The position numbers and the translations under genes are program-made. Below, one piece after another: positions 1 through 13,184 of a DNA stretch of 64,000 bases (the stretch's first letter is position 1; each line of letters begins with the position of its first letter). The notes under the pieces were generated by a model. The model was not told where the DNA came from. It ran no database searches and saw only the letters and a list, made by a program, of their open reading frames with translations. The stretch comes from Chiloscyllium plagiosum (taxonomy: Eukaryota). Location: positions 7,329,563 to 7,393,562 of the forward strand of contig NC_057718.1 of NCBI RefSeq assembly GCF_004010195.1, read 5' to 3'.

Positions 1-128
1 CTAGCTTATCTCTCCATGCTTCAGGCTCTCTGCCTTTATTCCTGATGAAGGGCTTTTGCCCGAAACGTCCATTTTGCCTGTCCTCGGATGCTGCCTGAAT
101 TGCTGTGCTCTTCCAGCACCACTAATCC
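1..128 (+). mobile_element. PLE 3' end (family A) with hammerhead core at 42-69
   Basis: CTGATGA-A-GGGC TTTT GCCC-GAAA-CGTC followed by the cctcggatgctgcctga...ttccagcaccact tail that recurs throughout the window and is attached to GIY-YIG-region coding sequence at 42416-43069. Confidence 0.8.
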
Positions 129-130
129 AC

Positions 131-330
131 ACCTAACACTGTAGGCAATTTAGCATGGCCAATTCACCTAACCTGCACACCTTTGGATTGTGGGAGGAAA
201 CTGGAGCACCCAGAGAAAATTCACGCAGACACAGGGAGAATGTGCAAACTCCACACAGACAGGCGGGAATCAAACCCAGGACCCTGATGCTGTGAGGCAG
301 CAGTGCTAACCACTGAGCCACTGTGCTGCC
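131..330 (-). mobile_element. HE1-type tRNA-derived V-SINE (partial)
   Basis: Minus strand has A box TGGCTCAGTGG, a B-box-like GTTTGATTC and the V-domain tgtgtggagtttgcacattctcc. Many sibling copies in the window. Confidence 0.85.
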
Positions 331-334
331 CGTA

Positions 335-1260
335 CATTTATTCACAGCCTTAGTTATGTATTCCCCAGGACTCTGGGGGATCCCAGCTTGTTTCAGGTGG
401 AGTCTGTCTCATTGGACAGACATCCCCAGTATGGTCCCAATGCCCCATGAATTCGGAACTGTTTCTCTAGCACCAATCTTTGAGCCCCATGTATGTCTCT
501 TTAATCTTGTTGATCCTGTACCAATTAGCTCAAGGCTCAAAAAGTAATCCAGAGATTATTACATTTCTGTTTCTGCTTTTCAATTGAGCCCCTCGCTGCT
601 CATATTCCCTCATGAGAATCTTATGTCTCTTTCTACCTGTATTGGTGGCACCTACATGGACCACAACAACTGGACCTTTCCCCTCCCACTCCAAGTTTCT
701 CTACATCACAGATGAGATATCCTGAACCCAGGCACCAGACAACACAATCTTGATCCTGGCTACAGAGAACAGAGTCTATTCCCCCTGACTGTACTATCCC
801 TGGCTACGACCACATTTCTCTTCCCTGTCCCCTTTTGAATGGCTCTCTATACCATAGTGCTGTGGTCAGTCTGCTCATCCCTACAGTCCCCACTCTCATC
901 CACACAGGGAGCAAGAATCCCAAACCTGTTAGACCAGCTCAAGGGCTGAGGCTTCTTCAGCACCACCTCCTGGATCCTTCTACTTGCCTTGGCTGGTGGT
1001 CACACCCTGCTGTCCGTGACTACTGACTAAATTCAAATTAGTTCATCTAAGGGGTGTGACTGTCTCCTGAAACATAGCGTGCAGGTAACTCTCCCCCTTC
1101 ACTGATGTTTCGCAGTGTTTGATGCTCAGATTCAAGCTCATCACCTCTGAGCTGGAGTTCATTAAGAATCCAACACTTGCTGCAGATATGATCATTAATG
1201 AACCACAATGGAATCCACCAGCTCCCACATCATGTAGGTACAACACATCGCCTGGCCCAC
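335..1260 (-). mobile_element. Degenerate CR1 LINE ORF1 region (Cys-rich/coiled-coil plus esterase-like)
   Basis: Frameshifted minus-strand translation gives CC..MMWELVD, CSKCW, GESYLHAMFQETVTPLR and VIISGLL, recognised as shark CR1 ORF1 motifs. Confidence 0.65.
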
Positions 1261-1375
1261 CATTCTATTTTATTTATTTACTTTGATTTTTAAAGATTCT
1301 AACTCATCTTTTAGTTTGTAACTTGTAAATATTTCTCTCGCTTACCTTCAATCTGAAAGTAACTTTTTTTTTAAC

Positions 1376-1663
1376 GATTAGATTCCCTACAGTGTGGAAA
1401 CAGGCCCTTCGGCCCAACCAGTCCACACCGACCCTCCGAAGAGTAACCCACCCAGACCCATTTCCCTCTGACTAATGTACCTAACACTCTGGGCAATTTA
1501 GCACGGCCAATTCACCTGGCCTACACATCTTTGTGACTGTGGGAGGAAACTCACGCAGACATGGGGAGAATGTGCAAACTCCACACAGACGGTCACCCGA
1601 GGTTGGAACCGAACCTGGGACCCTGGTGCTGTGGGGCAGCACCACTGAGCCACCATGCCACCC
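1376..1663 (-). mobile_element. HE1 SINE
   Basis: Full HE1 layout with CR1-type tail (gattccctacagtgtggaaacaggcccttcggccc). Confidence 0.85.
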
Positions 1664-1864
1664 CAACCAATTAACTTAGTTTTCCTGTGATGCCACAAGT
1701 TATGCATCAAACTATGAGCTGAAAAAACAATCAAAAAGTGCCTCTTTCCCTCTGCAATGAATTCCTACACTGCCTCCAAATTCCCTGAATTATATCCTCA
1801 CTCAGGTGGGTTCTCAGTACTGATGTGATCTCTCCTTCCTGACTGTGTGCAGCTTCCTGCTAGC

Positions 1865-2160
1865 ACCATCAATAGCACTTCACAAATCTGGGATCTTTAA
1901 CATTAAAAAGGACAAGGTACTTGAGAATGCCATCACCTTCAGGTTTTTCTCCAAGCCACATGCCATCCTGATCATGGAACTATTTCACTGCTATGTCAAA
2001 ATTCTAAAACTCCTTTCTTAACAGTACCATGGGTCTAACTGCATCACAAGAACTGCCATCTTTCAATAAGAGAGCTCATCACCACCTTCTCAAGGGGTAG
2101 TGGGAACAGGTAATAAAGTCCAGACTAGCCACCAGCAGCTATATCCCATGAATAAATAAT
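1865..2160 (+). mobile_element. L2 LINE 3' fragment
   Basis: gctcatcaccaccttctcaaggg...aataaa tail shared with other L2-like fragments and with the DeuSINE tails in the window. Confidence 0.6.
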
Positions 2161-2265
2161 TAACAAGATTAAGAGAGAGGGCTCAAGGAAGTCCAATAGC
2201 AGCTGATGCAACTTTGCAGGACCAGGAACTTACAAAAGGCCCATAATGTACTTCAAAGAATGAAG

Positions 2266-2841
2266 GGGCAGCATAGTGCCTCTCAGTGCCAGGGACCCGG
2301 GTTCAATTCCAGCCTTGGGCAACTGTCTGTGTGGATTTTGCTCATTCTCCCTGAGTCTGCATGGGTTTCTTCCTGTAGTCCAAAGATGTGCAGGTTAGGG
2401 TGGATTGGTTATGCTAAATTGTCTCATAGTGTTCAAGGATGTGCAAGATATGGTGGATTGGCCCTGCTAAATTATCTCATAGTGTTCAAGGATGTGCAAG
2501 ATATGGTGGATTGGCCCTGCTAAATAGTTTCGTAGTGTCCAAGGATGTGCAGGTTAGGGTGGATTGGCCGTGCTAAATAGTCTCGTAGTGTCCAATGATG
2601 TGCAGGTTAGGGTGGATTGGCCGTGCTAAATAGTCACGTAGTGTCCAAGGATGTGCAAGTTAGGGTGGATTGGCCATGATAAATAGTCTCGTAGTGTCCA
2701 AGGATGTGCAGGTTAGGTGCAGTAGTCAGGGGAAATGTAGAGTAATAGGATAGGAAAATAGGTCTGGATGGGATACTCTTTGGAAGGTTAGTGTGGACTT
2801 GTTGAGCCAAATGGCCTGTTTCCACATTGTAGGGATTCTAT
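2266..2841 (+). mobile_element. HE1 SINE with an internal 53-bp tandem array
   Basis: B box GGTTCAATTCC, V-domain, about 6.4 copies of a 53-bp unit, then a normal HE1 tail. Confidence 0.85.
2380..2717 (+). repeat. 53-bp minisatellite, about 6.4 units
   Basis: Unit ccaaggatgtgcaggttagggtggattggccgtgctaaatagtctcgtagtgt starts at about 2380, 2433, 2486, 2539, 2592, 2645 and 2698. Confidence 0.92.
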
Positions 2842-3727
2842 AATGAAGAGTCACTCATCAAAATTGGCCAAACTGACAGAACTCACCTTCCTCCATGTAA
2901 GTGACCAACTGATTTTCACAAAAGAATTGGGCTACAGCAGGAAGCCTGACCAAAGGTGATTAGTGAACTCTTGTTATTCTAACAATCCCTCTCACACCTC
3001 CATTGTAGGCCTAAATTCCACCAGCAGGGGGCAGCTAAAATCAGAACAACTGCCAGAGGAAATGGTAGATACAGGTACAGTTTCAATAGTTAAAAGATGT
3101 TTGGACAGGTATATGAATAGAAAAGGTTTAGAAGGATATGGTCCAAGTGGGACTAACTTAGTTTGGGAAACTTGGTTGGCATGGACAGGTTGGACTGAAG
3201 GGTCTGTTTCCGAGCTGAATGACTTGTTGTGACCCTATTGTGAAGCTGCACCTGACATGATGTTTTCAAGACAGGGACAATAACAATGGAAAACAGCACA
3301 TTTATCATTTTTTTTTTCTGCTTGCTCCACATCAAAAGCTGGGCTGACTCATCTTAAACTGCTGCACCTTGATTATAAGCTGTGGAGTTAATCATTGTTC
3401 AAAGTGCCAAAAATAATCCACCACCTCTCAGGCTTTAACAAGGTCCTTGTCTGTGCTGCTTCAGTACTTTGCGTGGGCTGTGTGCTGAAATGGCACTGCT
3501 CAATTCAGGTCTCTTTTTTTTTTATGTCACTCATCTTGCAGTCCCTTCTATAAAGTCATGAGAAATAGGAACAGGAGTAGGCCATCTGGCCCCTTGAGCT
3601 TGCTCTGCCTTTCAACAGGATCACGGCTGATCCGATTTTCACCCCGTCCATTTCCCTGAACTTCTCCGGAATGTTTGATTCCTCTACTGATCAAGAATTT
3701 ATCTAGCTCAGCTTTAAACAATCACAA

Positions 3728-4044
3728 GGGTGTGGTGGCTCAGTGGTTAGCACGGCTGCCTCACAGTGCCAGGGTCCCAGGTTCGATTCCACTTTTGGGT
3801 GACTGTCTGTGTGGAGTTTGCACGTTCTCCCCGTGTCTGTGTGGGTTCCCTCCACGTGTTCTGGTTTCCTCCCACAGTTCAAAGATGTGCAGGTTACGTT
3901 GGTTAGCCATACTAAATTGTCCCACAGTGTATGGGTTAGCCATGGGAAATGCAGACTTATGGGGTTAGGGTGGGGGAGCTGGGATGCTCTTTGAAGGGTC
4001 AGTATGGACTGAATGGCCTGCTTCCACACTCTAGGGATTCTATG
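3728..4044 (+). mobile_element. HE1 SINE
   Basis: A box TGGCTCAGTGG, B box GGTTCGATTCC, V-domain and tail. Confidence 0.88.
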
Positions 4045-4394
4045 ACCCTGCTTCCACAGCTCTCTATGGCAAGGGCTCATAACCCTACTGAGAGAAGGGA
4101 TTCTTATTCAACAGTATTATTAAAGAAAGGGGATTTACATTCTGTTGCATTGCTTATATTAAGAAGGAGTGAGTCCTGGAAGAACAGGCTGCTCTAGAAT
4201 TATTTTTATGGCTCCATACCTTTGATCATAGAACCTGAGCGTAGCTATTCGCTCTTGGCAATAGTTTCAGTCTGAAGAAGCAGGCAACAAAACAAACTCA
4301 TGAAACAGAGTGATATTTATCCTGCTCCTGTGTCTTTCACAATGTGAAGATATCTCAAAACCCATTACCTCAACTGAGGTACAGTCAGCATTGC

Positions 4395-5075
4395 AAAACT
4401 GGCAAGTGGTTGTCTTGTGATGAAAGGCTAAACAGGTTGGGATCTACTCACTGGAGTTTAGGAGAATGGGAGATGATCTCATTGAAATATAGAGGATTCA
4501 TAAGAGGCTTGGCAAGGTCAATGCTGAGGGGTGGGTGTGGGTCTAGGACAGCATCATCTCAGAATAAAGGGGCACCTACTTACCATGGAGAGCTGTGGGG
4601 GCAGAGTTCTTGTGTGTATTAAACACTAGGACTGACAGATTCTTGATCAGTTGGGGAATTTGAGGTTATAGACAATAGACAATAGGTTCAGGAGTAGGCT
4701 ATTCGGCCCTTCGAGCCAGCACCACCATTCATTATGATCATGGCTGATCATCCACAATCAGTATCCTGTTCCTGCCTTATCCCCATAACCCTTGATTCCA
4801 CTATCTCTAAGAGCTCTATCCGTCTCTTTCCTGAAAGTATCCAGAGACTTGGCCTCCACACCCTTCTGGGGCAGAGCATTCCATACATCCACAACTCTCA
4901 GGGTGAAGAAGTTTCTCCTCAACTCTGTTCTAAATGGCCTATCCCTTATGGTTACGGGGAAAGGGCAGGACAATGGATGTGAAGAGTGTTGGATCAGCCA
5001 TGAATCTATTGATTGGCAGAGCCAGTTTGAGGGACCAAAAGGCCTACTCCTGTTCCGATTTCTCATGGTCTTATG
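4395..5075. mobile_element. Old plus-strand CR1 3' fragment with a younger minus-strand CR1 tail nested at about 4675-4948
   Basis: Translations ERLNRLG (+) and RTELRRNFFTLRVVDVWNALP (-). Confidence 0.75.
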
Positions 5076-5091
5076 ATTTTTTTTTTAAATT

Positions 5092-5572
5092 GTAGGTGTC
5101 CTGGTTTGGCCAGCATTCATTGCCCACCCTTAATTTTCCAAAGAACTAATAAGAATTACCCATATGGTCTGGAGTCACATAAAGACTAGGCAAAGATGGC
5201 AGATTTCCTCCTCTGAGGAACGTTAGTGACTCAAAGCTGAAAGAACTGTTGGATGCTGTGAAAGAGAAAACATAAACAGAAATTGCTGGAAAAGCCCAGC
5301 AGGTCTGTGGAGAGAAATCAGAGTTGGCAGTTTGGGTCGGGTGACCCTTCCTCAATCAGATGGGTTTACTTGACAATATTATATGGTCATTACCGGGCCA
5401 GTCTATTCTAGATTTGCTTGAAGTCAAATTTTGCCAAGAGTCCTGGAGAAGTTGACTTCTCCACCTCCTGATGCTGCCTGGTTTGCATGGTCGGATTTGA
5501 ACTCAAATCCCCTGAACATTGGCCTTAGGTTTTGGATTACTAGCTCTGTGACATTACCACTGCCAACCCCTC
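5092..5572 (-). mobile_element. SacSINE1-like DeuSINE with a PLE-end fragment nested at about 5240-5355
   Basis: Deu-like core ggcagatttcc...gttagtga...cagatggg and an L2-like tail. The insert reads cagaaattgctggaaaagcccagcaggtctg...gggtgacccttcctc. Confidence 0.65.
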
Positions 5573-6143
5573 CACAATGTAGGCCAAATGATAATAACCA
5601 CCAGAGTTTGGTCCTTCATTTCTACACTCAAACCTTTGGAATGAGGGCTGTACTCACAGCTTTCAGGCTCAGGTTTAAAGGTGCCACCAAGAGAGTCCAG
5701 CACATACAGACCATTAAAGGCTGATGACAGTGAGGCAAGTCTCCAACAGTGACATAACTGTAAGTAACATGTCACATGCTCTCAGCCCCTTCACAAACCT
5801 TTAGATTAGGAGCTGCACAGTGGTGCTCACCCTTGACATTGTCTGGGATGTCAAAGCTGGTTGGATTTATTACCCAAGATATTCACCATGTGACCTCTGA
5901 CCTCTAACTGCCCCTCCCCTGTGCTTTACCCATTGGTTCTCCATTTGCTGAGAACAGACAGCTGAGGTCTCCCAGAGAGCGATATAAGCAGAGGACTCAT
6001 CACAGACTGTTGAACCTTTAACTTAATTTAAACTAGAAAATAAAGGAATTAAGAAATACTTTAATGTTAACTTACTTTTTTTATTTTTCTACTTATTCTA
6101 TGAAGGCAATGCTTAACGTTTAACTCTGTTTCTTTTACTACTT

Positions 6144-7838
6144 TAGAACATAGAACATAGAACAATACAGCGCAGAACAGACCCTTCTGCCCTCGATGTT
6201 GCACCGGCCTGTGAACTATTCTCAGCTCAACCCCCTACACTATCTCATCATCATCCATGTGCATATCTAAGGATTGTTTAAATCTCCCTAATGTGGCTGA
6301 GTTGACTACCTTAGCAGGTAGGGCACTCCACTCCCTTACCACTCTCTGCGTAAAGAACCTGCCTCTGACATCTGTCTTAAACCTATCACCCCTCAATATG
6401 TAGTTATGCCCTCTCATACATCATCCTAGGAAAAAGACTTCCACTGTCTACCCTATCTAATCCTCTGATCATCTTGTATGTCTCTGTCAAATCGCCCCTT
6501 AGCCTTCTTCTTTCCAATGAGAACAGACCCAAGTCTCTCAGCCTTTCTTCATAAGACCTTCCCTCCAGACCAGGCAACATCCTGGTAAATCTCCTCTGCA
6601 CCTTTTCCAATGCTTCCACATCCTTCCTGTAATGGGGCGACCAGAACTGTACACAATATTCCAAGAGTGGCCGCACCAGTGTTTTGTATTCTTGCAGCAT
6701 GATATTGTGGTTCCAGAACTCAATCTCTCTACCAATGAAACCTAACACACTGTATGCCTTCTTAACAGCACTATCCATCTGGGTGGCAACTTTCAGGGAT
6801 CTATGCACATGGACTCCGAGATCCCTCTGCACATCCACACTACCAAGAATCTTTCCATTGANNNNNNNNNNNNNNNNNNNNNNNNNNNNNNNNNNNNNNN
6901 NNNNNNNNNNNNNNNNNNNNNNNNNNNNNNNNNNNNNNNNNNNNNNNNNNNNNNNNNNNNNNNNNNNNNNNNNNNNNNNNNNNNNNNNNNNNNNNNNNNN
7001 NNNNNNNNNNNNNNNNNNNNNNNNNNNNNNNNNNNNNNNNNNNNNNNNNNNNNNNNNNNNNNNNNNNNNNNNNNNNNNNNNNNNNNNNNNNNNNNNNNNN
7101 NNNNNNNNNNNNNNNNNNNNNNNNNNNNNNNNNNNNNNNNNNNNNNNNNNNNNNNNNNNNNNNNNNNNNNNNNNNNNNNNNNNNNNNNNNNNNNNNNNNN
7201 NNNNNNNNNNNNNNNNNNNNNNNNNNNNNNNNNNNNNNNNNNNNNNNNNNNNNNNNNNNNNNNNNNNNNNNNNNNNNNNNNNNNNNNNNNNNNNNNNNNN
7301 NNNNNNNNNNNNNNNNNNNNNNNNNNNNNNNNNNNNNNNNNNNNNNNNNNNNNNNNNNNNNNNNNNNNNNNNNNNNNNNNNNNNNNNNNNNNNNNNNNNN
7401 NNNNNNNNNNNNNNNNNNNNNNNNNNNNNNNNNNNNNNNNNNNNNNNNACCTTATCAAAGGCTTTACTGAAGTCCATGAATACCACATCAACTGTCCTAC
7501 CCTCATCTACATGCTTGGTCACCTTCTCAAAAAACTCAATGAGGTTTGTGAGACACGACCTGCCCTTGACGAAACCATGTTGACTATCTGAAATCAAATT
7601 GTTGCTTGCTAGATGATTATAAATCTTATATCTCATAATCCTTTCCAAAACCTTTCCTACAACAGAAGTGAGGTTCATTGGTCTATAATTACCTGGGTCA
7701 TCTCTGCTGCCCTTCTTGAACAAGGGCACAACATTTGCAATCCTCCAGTCCTCAGGTACTAAACCTGTAGACAATGATGACTCAAATATCAAAACCAAAG
7801 GTTCTGTTATCTCCTCCCTAGCTTCCCAGAGAATCCTG
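6144..7838 (-). mobile_element. Young 5'-truncated CR1 (HER1-like) LINE, RT region, spanning an assembly gap
   Basis: ORF with WRIANVVPLFKKG, SQHGFVKGRSCLTNL, DFSKAFDK and LEYCVQFWSPH; (TAGAACA)n tail at 6144. Confidence 0.93.
6862..7449. other. Assembly gap (N run)
   Basis: Run of n characters. Confidence 0.99.
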
Positions 7839-7920
7839 AGATTTTTGTACCTAGGTACCTTGGAACCTAAGATGGTGCCGTGTACTTTTCACTGTACTCT
7901 TGTACTTGAGTAAACGTGAG

Positions 7921-8154
7921 TGAAATAACTGCACAGAGGCTAGTGTCCCATCACTAAGTCAACCCTTTATTTTACTAGTGCACAGGGAGCTAGCTGTAGT
8001 GAGCCAGCTCAGAGTCAGCGTTCAGTCTTCAGCTGGGGAGGTTCTAATCTCCTAGTAATATCAGTCACACAAAGGCTTTCCTCATTTGTCCAGATTAACA
8101 ACCTCAAACAAGAACTTCATAATTAATCAGGCCAAAAAGGTCCCAATCACTACA
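7921..8154 (-). mobile_element. Solo LTR (probably Gypsy-type)
   Basis: Minus strand runs TGTAG...TTTCA with AATAAA (plus TTTATT 7966-7971). Flanked by GTGAG/GTGAC, a possible 5-bp TSD. Homologous to the copies at 42296 and 50961. Confidence 0.65.
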
Positions 8155-8740
8155 GTGACAAAAAAAATCGACATCTAAGTTCTCATCATGCCGTGCCTGT
8201 AATGTGCCTTGACAATGTGATCAGTCCCTTTGGTACATAATTGGATGACTTTTCACACAATCAAAATATATCCCTCACAGTCCAATTACATGGCCTTCGA
8301 AAATGACCAAACTAAGATTGCTCAAAATAAAGAGGGAAATGAAAACGAGTTGTTTTAGTGTCTTGCATCCTGGCGGATTTTGTTTGCTTTTGCCAGGTTA
8401 CTTGAGGAAGTGTCCTGAGTTAATCTTTAATTCCTGGATAATTCTTCAGCATTGACAACCTCCAGTAGCCCGTGAGCCGATGAAAACAGGAGTGGGAGAA
8501 CGCAAAAAAAAAGTGTAGGAAAATTAGAGGGCTAAAAATATATGCAGTGACAGTTGTTTCTTGCTTTCTGCTGCAGATCACTGAAACATCGTTGGGGCTG
8601 AAGATGTAACTATAATTGAGCTTTCAGCTCAACTCAGGCACAGACGTGAACTGGTAATGACTGCCTTCATTGTATCCAAATATAGCAGCACATGACTCAA
8701 CCATGATGTAAAAGCAATGCTGTTAAGTAAAACTACTTAC

Positions 8741-8856
8741 CATAAAATATATCCAGTCGAAAAGATGCTAACTGCAGCCTGGCCTGACTTCCTGTTGGGA
8801 TAATGATAATGTGTTGTCCTCATTTCAATTAGAATGAAGGGGAGGACTGTAGTGTG
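8741..8856 (-). CDS. AIG1: AIG1 coding exon (human exon 4 equivalent), 116 nt, phase 0/2; first codon is the His equivalent to catalytic H134
   Basis: ttttttccccctctctctag|CACACTACA...ATTTTATG|gtaagt translates as [38 protein letters not shown](W) (human [25 protein letters not shown]...GYILW). Not in the ORF track; found from its splice sites. Confidence 0.96.
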
Positions 8857-9037
8857 CTAGAGAGAGGGGGAAAAAAGACAAAAATGAGAAAGAAAGCGTG
8901 CTGTGTACAAAAACAAAAAAAGATACATGTATTAATTAGCAATTCAGGTCAACCATCCTAAAAATTGGAGAAAATACTTGTAAATGAGATGATTCTGATC
9001 AAATATTTGACAGTCCCTCCACAGCATACAACATAGA

Positions 9038-9420
9038 CGGTGGTAATGTCACTTAGCGACCACAGAAACTCAGGCTAATGCTCTAGGGATGTGGGTTCAA
9101 ATCCTACCACGGCACTTAAATTGAATTGATAAGTCCGGCCGAAAAAGTTGGTGTCAGTAATGGTGATTGTAAAAACTGTCATCAAATGGTGTGAACTCAT
9201 CTGATTCATCATCGCAATGAAGGAACATTGACTCCCTGGTCTTGTGTACATGTGACTCCAGATACACAGCAACATGTTGACTCTTAATGGCTCCAGCAAG
9301 TCACTCAGTCATATCAGACTGTGGTTGTTTGAGAAAATGGCTCAGTCCCACCTTCTCACTAGGGATTGGCAGCTAATTCTGACTTTGTCAACAGATCCTA
9401 CATCCGATGAAGATGGGAAA
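9038..9420 (+). mobile_element. SacSINE1-like DeuSINE (degenerate)
   Basis: B box GGTTCAAATCC and the tgtgactccaga..cacagcaa..tgttgactcttaa core. Confidence 0.65.
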
Positions 9421-11602
9421 GCACTAATTCAATACAATACCTCATATCTGCCTCCCCTCTTCCCGAACTCTGGATGCTGGGGACAATTTGGGTAATCTAG
9501 CTTGGATTCTGATACAAATTTATATAATTGCATACTTTTTTTAAAAAAAATCCAACTTCAAATTTAGCCAGTTAGTGCAGGAAGGCAGCTTTAACAGGTG
9601 TGAAAGCAAACAAGCCAAAAAAATGAAGGTCAAATCTCTGAGCATTGTCAAAATGAACAAGAAAGTTTATTGTTGTTTACTGGCATGCCAAACTATTTTT
9701 GACAGGCAGTAATTACACTCCAGGCACAACTCACGTAGCACTTCCCATTAACCGCCCACCACACAATAACAGGCAATAAAACCACCTTGAGGATGTACAG
9801 TGAACTCAAAAGTAGAAACTACAACAGTTAGTAACTTGAAGTAAAAACAGAAAATGTTGAAAAATGCACAGCAGGCATTTTGAAGAGAGTAAGTTGAAAA
9901 ATTAATTGGGAGATGCGGGCATTGTCTGTTAAGAAGGTGAGGGAGATCTACCTTCTTAAACCACTGTAGTCCACCCATAGTGCTGCGGGGAGGGAGCCAG
10001 GATTTTCAGCCAGCAACAATGATATATTTCCAAGTCAGGGTGGTGCATGGCTTGGAAGGGAGTTTGCAGGCTGTTCCCATGTATCTGCTGCCCTTGACTT
10101 TTCCCTAGAATGGGGGATTTCAAGACAAAGGGGCACATTTTTAAGATGAGAGAAGAGAGATTTAAAAATACACAGGGGAGCAAACCTTTTACACAGAGGG
10201 TTGTTCATGTGTGGAATGAACTTCCTGAGGAAGTGGTGGGTGTATTTGGATAAGTACATGAATAGGAAAAGGTTTGGAGGGATATGGGCCAGGAGCAGGC
10301 AGGTGGGACTAGTTTAGTTTGGGATTGTGTTTGACGTGGACTAGTTGGACTAAGGGTATGTTTCCACGCTGTCTGACTCTGTGGGGGTGGAAGGTACTGT
10401 CCAAGATTTTTAAAAACATCCCCAGAATTAAGATTAAGCTGAGTGGTTTGTAATTGCTGGATTAGTCTCTCATTGTACACCAGTAATTCTCTGGTTCTCC
10501 GGCACTATCTCTGAACCCTTAGAGCGTGCTTTAAACCAGCGGCAATGAAATGAAGATAAGTTTGTTCAGCTTTTCAGTGGGTGCTGAATGAAGTCAGGGT
10601 GATCAGCGGGAAATGGGAGGATGGGGGAGTTAGTGTGGGAAAAAGTTCTCCTGATTAGAAACCCTTAATATCGCAGAAGATCCAGAACACCTGGGGAATA
10701 AAATACATCCTCATAACCCTTCCACTGCCTTTATAATGGATAATTCGAGATTCATTGCAGAATTTCACCCATGATAATTTAGTTGCCATTGACAAACTAA
10801 CTTGTCGATAATAATTGTCACTCTCAAGATGTTTCCACTCCAGTCATTTTCTAAGCTTGCCTTTCATGGGTCAAAACAAGCTGAATTCCTTTTCAGAAAT
10901 TACACACCAAAAACACATGAAGTCATTGCTGGTGTGTATTAGGTTACTGTGTATATTAACAAAACTCATGGGATTCATTAACGTCAAAACATTACCAGGT
11001 GGCTCTGGCACGCCAGTACGCTATTAGAATAGAAGTACGAGGGAATAGGGTTCTGAAGTTGTGCTTCCCCCAGTGGCTGAATTTCTCTCCTCATCCAGCG
11101 TTGAACAAGGGAGGCATTGAGTGACATTCAGGATAATGCATCCACTGGGGAACTAAGGGAAGATCAGAAAACAACGCAGTTCTCTACCTCCATCAAAGAC
11201 CTTCTCACCAAAGAGAATGGACACACTGGTAAATGTTCAATCCCTGAGCTCACCCACTAAAACCCTTTTCTGATTTAAACATATTTCTTTGTAAATTTCA
11301 CTCCTTTGGAGGGATATAAGTACTCAATGCAACAGAAAGGATGCCTCAACATTAGGCCGTTCAGCCCGGATGGTCCATGCTGGTGATTGATCTCTACTGG
11401 TCTTGTATCCTTCACCATCTCATGCCCTCTGTGTACCTTTCTGCCTTCATCTGCTTATGCAGATTTTCCATAAATGCATCCACTTTCGTAATGTCAAGCA
11501 CAGCTGGGGTGGGGTGGGGGGAGGTGGTTGCGGTGTGTGTGTGGTGGGGGTAGTATCTCGTTCCAAATTCACATCATTATCCAGATAAAGGTGTTTCACT
11601 TT

Positions 11603-12195
11603 GAGTCACAGAGTCATAGAGATGTACAGCATGGAAACAGACCCTTCAGTCCAACCCGTCCATGCCGACCAGATATCCCAACCCAATCTAGTCCCACCTG
11701 CCAGCACCCGGCCCATATCCCTCCAAACCCTTCCTATTCATATACCCATCCAAATGCCTCTTAAATGTTGCAATTGTACCAGCCTCCACCACTTCCTCTG
11801 GCAACTCATTCCATACGCGTACCACTTTCTGTGTGAAAAAATTGCCCCTTAGGTGTCTTTTATATCTTTCCCCTCTCACCCTAAACCTCTAGTTTTGGAC
11901 TCCCCAACCCCAGGGAAAAGACTTTGACTATTTACCGTATCCATGCCCCTCATAATTTTGTAAACCTCTATAAGGTCACCCCTCAGCCTCCGACGCTCCA
12001 GGGAAAACAGCCCCAGCCTGTTCAGCCTCTCCCTATAGCACAGATCCTCCAACCCTGGTAACATCCTTGTAAATCTTTTCTGAGCCCTTTCAAGTTTCAC
12101 AACATCTTTGCGATGGGAAGGAGACCAGAATTGCATGCAATATTCCAACAGTGGCCTCACCAATGTCTTGTACAGCCGCAACATGACCTCCCAAT
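11603..12195 (-). mobile_element. CR1 LINE 3' fragment
   Basis: LYKTLVRPLLEYCMQFWSP...LRGDLIEVYKIM and GNFFTQKVVRVWNELP; (GAGTCATA)-type tail. Confidence 0.92.
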
Positions 12196-13184
12196 TGAAT
12201 TTCTCTGTGGATTTATTAGTGAGAATCCCATGTTGGTTTTTGTGCACGTTGGGAAGATGTCAAGGAAAGAAGCAAGAAGGCAAGAAGCAGAGCTGACAAA
12301 GAAACCAGAAAACCATCCTGCAAGGGAGACTTGCAGAGAATGCATCTGAGAGGATATGGAGCAATCACCCCCAAAGGCTTGCAGATTCTGTTTCTGAATT
12401 CACACAACTCACAGAGTACACATCTGTTTTCTTCACGCAGTACAAAAGTGCTGCAGAATTTCCTGATGTCTTCAGACGACCACAGAGTCTGATTGCTATC
12501 TGCGATCATTATCTCCTGAGCTGGGGCAATCGCTCAAAAGAAAATTGCACCCTTGAGTGTCGAATTGGTGTGTTACTCTTGCACGGAACCCCTTGTGGTT
12601 TCCTCAGATCAAGTGTACTGTTAACCATCCTGGGAGGAACACACCCAAACATAGACAAGGATAAACACATTCTAAATGTAAGCGCACTCATTTTCTTCAC
12701 GGCTGCTCAGTTTACTAGCTGGTATAAAAAGACCACCTTCGACATTGCAATAAAATCTCCTTGGCTTTATAAACAAGGTGTGTCACAATCACATTAATGC
12801 CAGAAAATACGCAGCAACCTTGCCATGATTTCACTGACGGCTCAGGTCCACTTTGGTAAGAACCATGAACTTGGAACTTGCTAAGTGGCCCGAGCACATG
12901 GAAATATATTTTTCAGTTCCTTTGGCGTTGTTCAGTCAAATTCCCAGATCTCGCTCCCTAACAGAAATGTGGATGTATCTACACCTCAATGGACAGCAGC
13001 TGTTTCAAGGAAGTGCTCATCATCACTTTCTCCAGGGCTAATTAGGATGGACAAGACCTGTTGGCCCAGCCGGGGCACCCACAAAATCACTTATATAAAA
13101 ATCACTGAGAAAGTCATCAGCTCCCAATTTCAAACTAAGCCTCCTGAAGGTGAGTAATGGTGAGTCTGTTTGCCCTGGCCAGAT

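Noticed and set aside
2380..2717. CRISPR-like regularly spaced repeats
   Set aside because: The units are contiguous with no unique spacers, lie inside a SINE and are in eukaryotic DNA.
3728..3800. tRNA genes suggested by A and B boxes
   Set aside because: These are SINE heads followed by the V-domain and a LINE-derived tail.
6404..7798. Long ORFs of 237-464 aa here, and those crossing the gap at 61559-61822
   Set aside because: Their length comes from N runs; the real parts are CR1 or PLE fragments.
8555..8660. Plus-strand acceptor ttgctttctgctgcag as a possible exon
   Set aside because: All three frames stop within about 35 nt and it is antisense to AIG1.
8741..8791. 51-nt exon using the internal tcccaacag acceptor
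   Set aside because: The stronger upstream acceptor gives a 116-nt exon matching AIG1. The short form would drop the catalytic His and shift the frame.
11506..11550. G-rich tract as a functional G-quadruplex
   Set aside because: Low-complexity GT sequence, antisense to the gene, with no supporting context.
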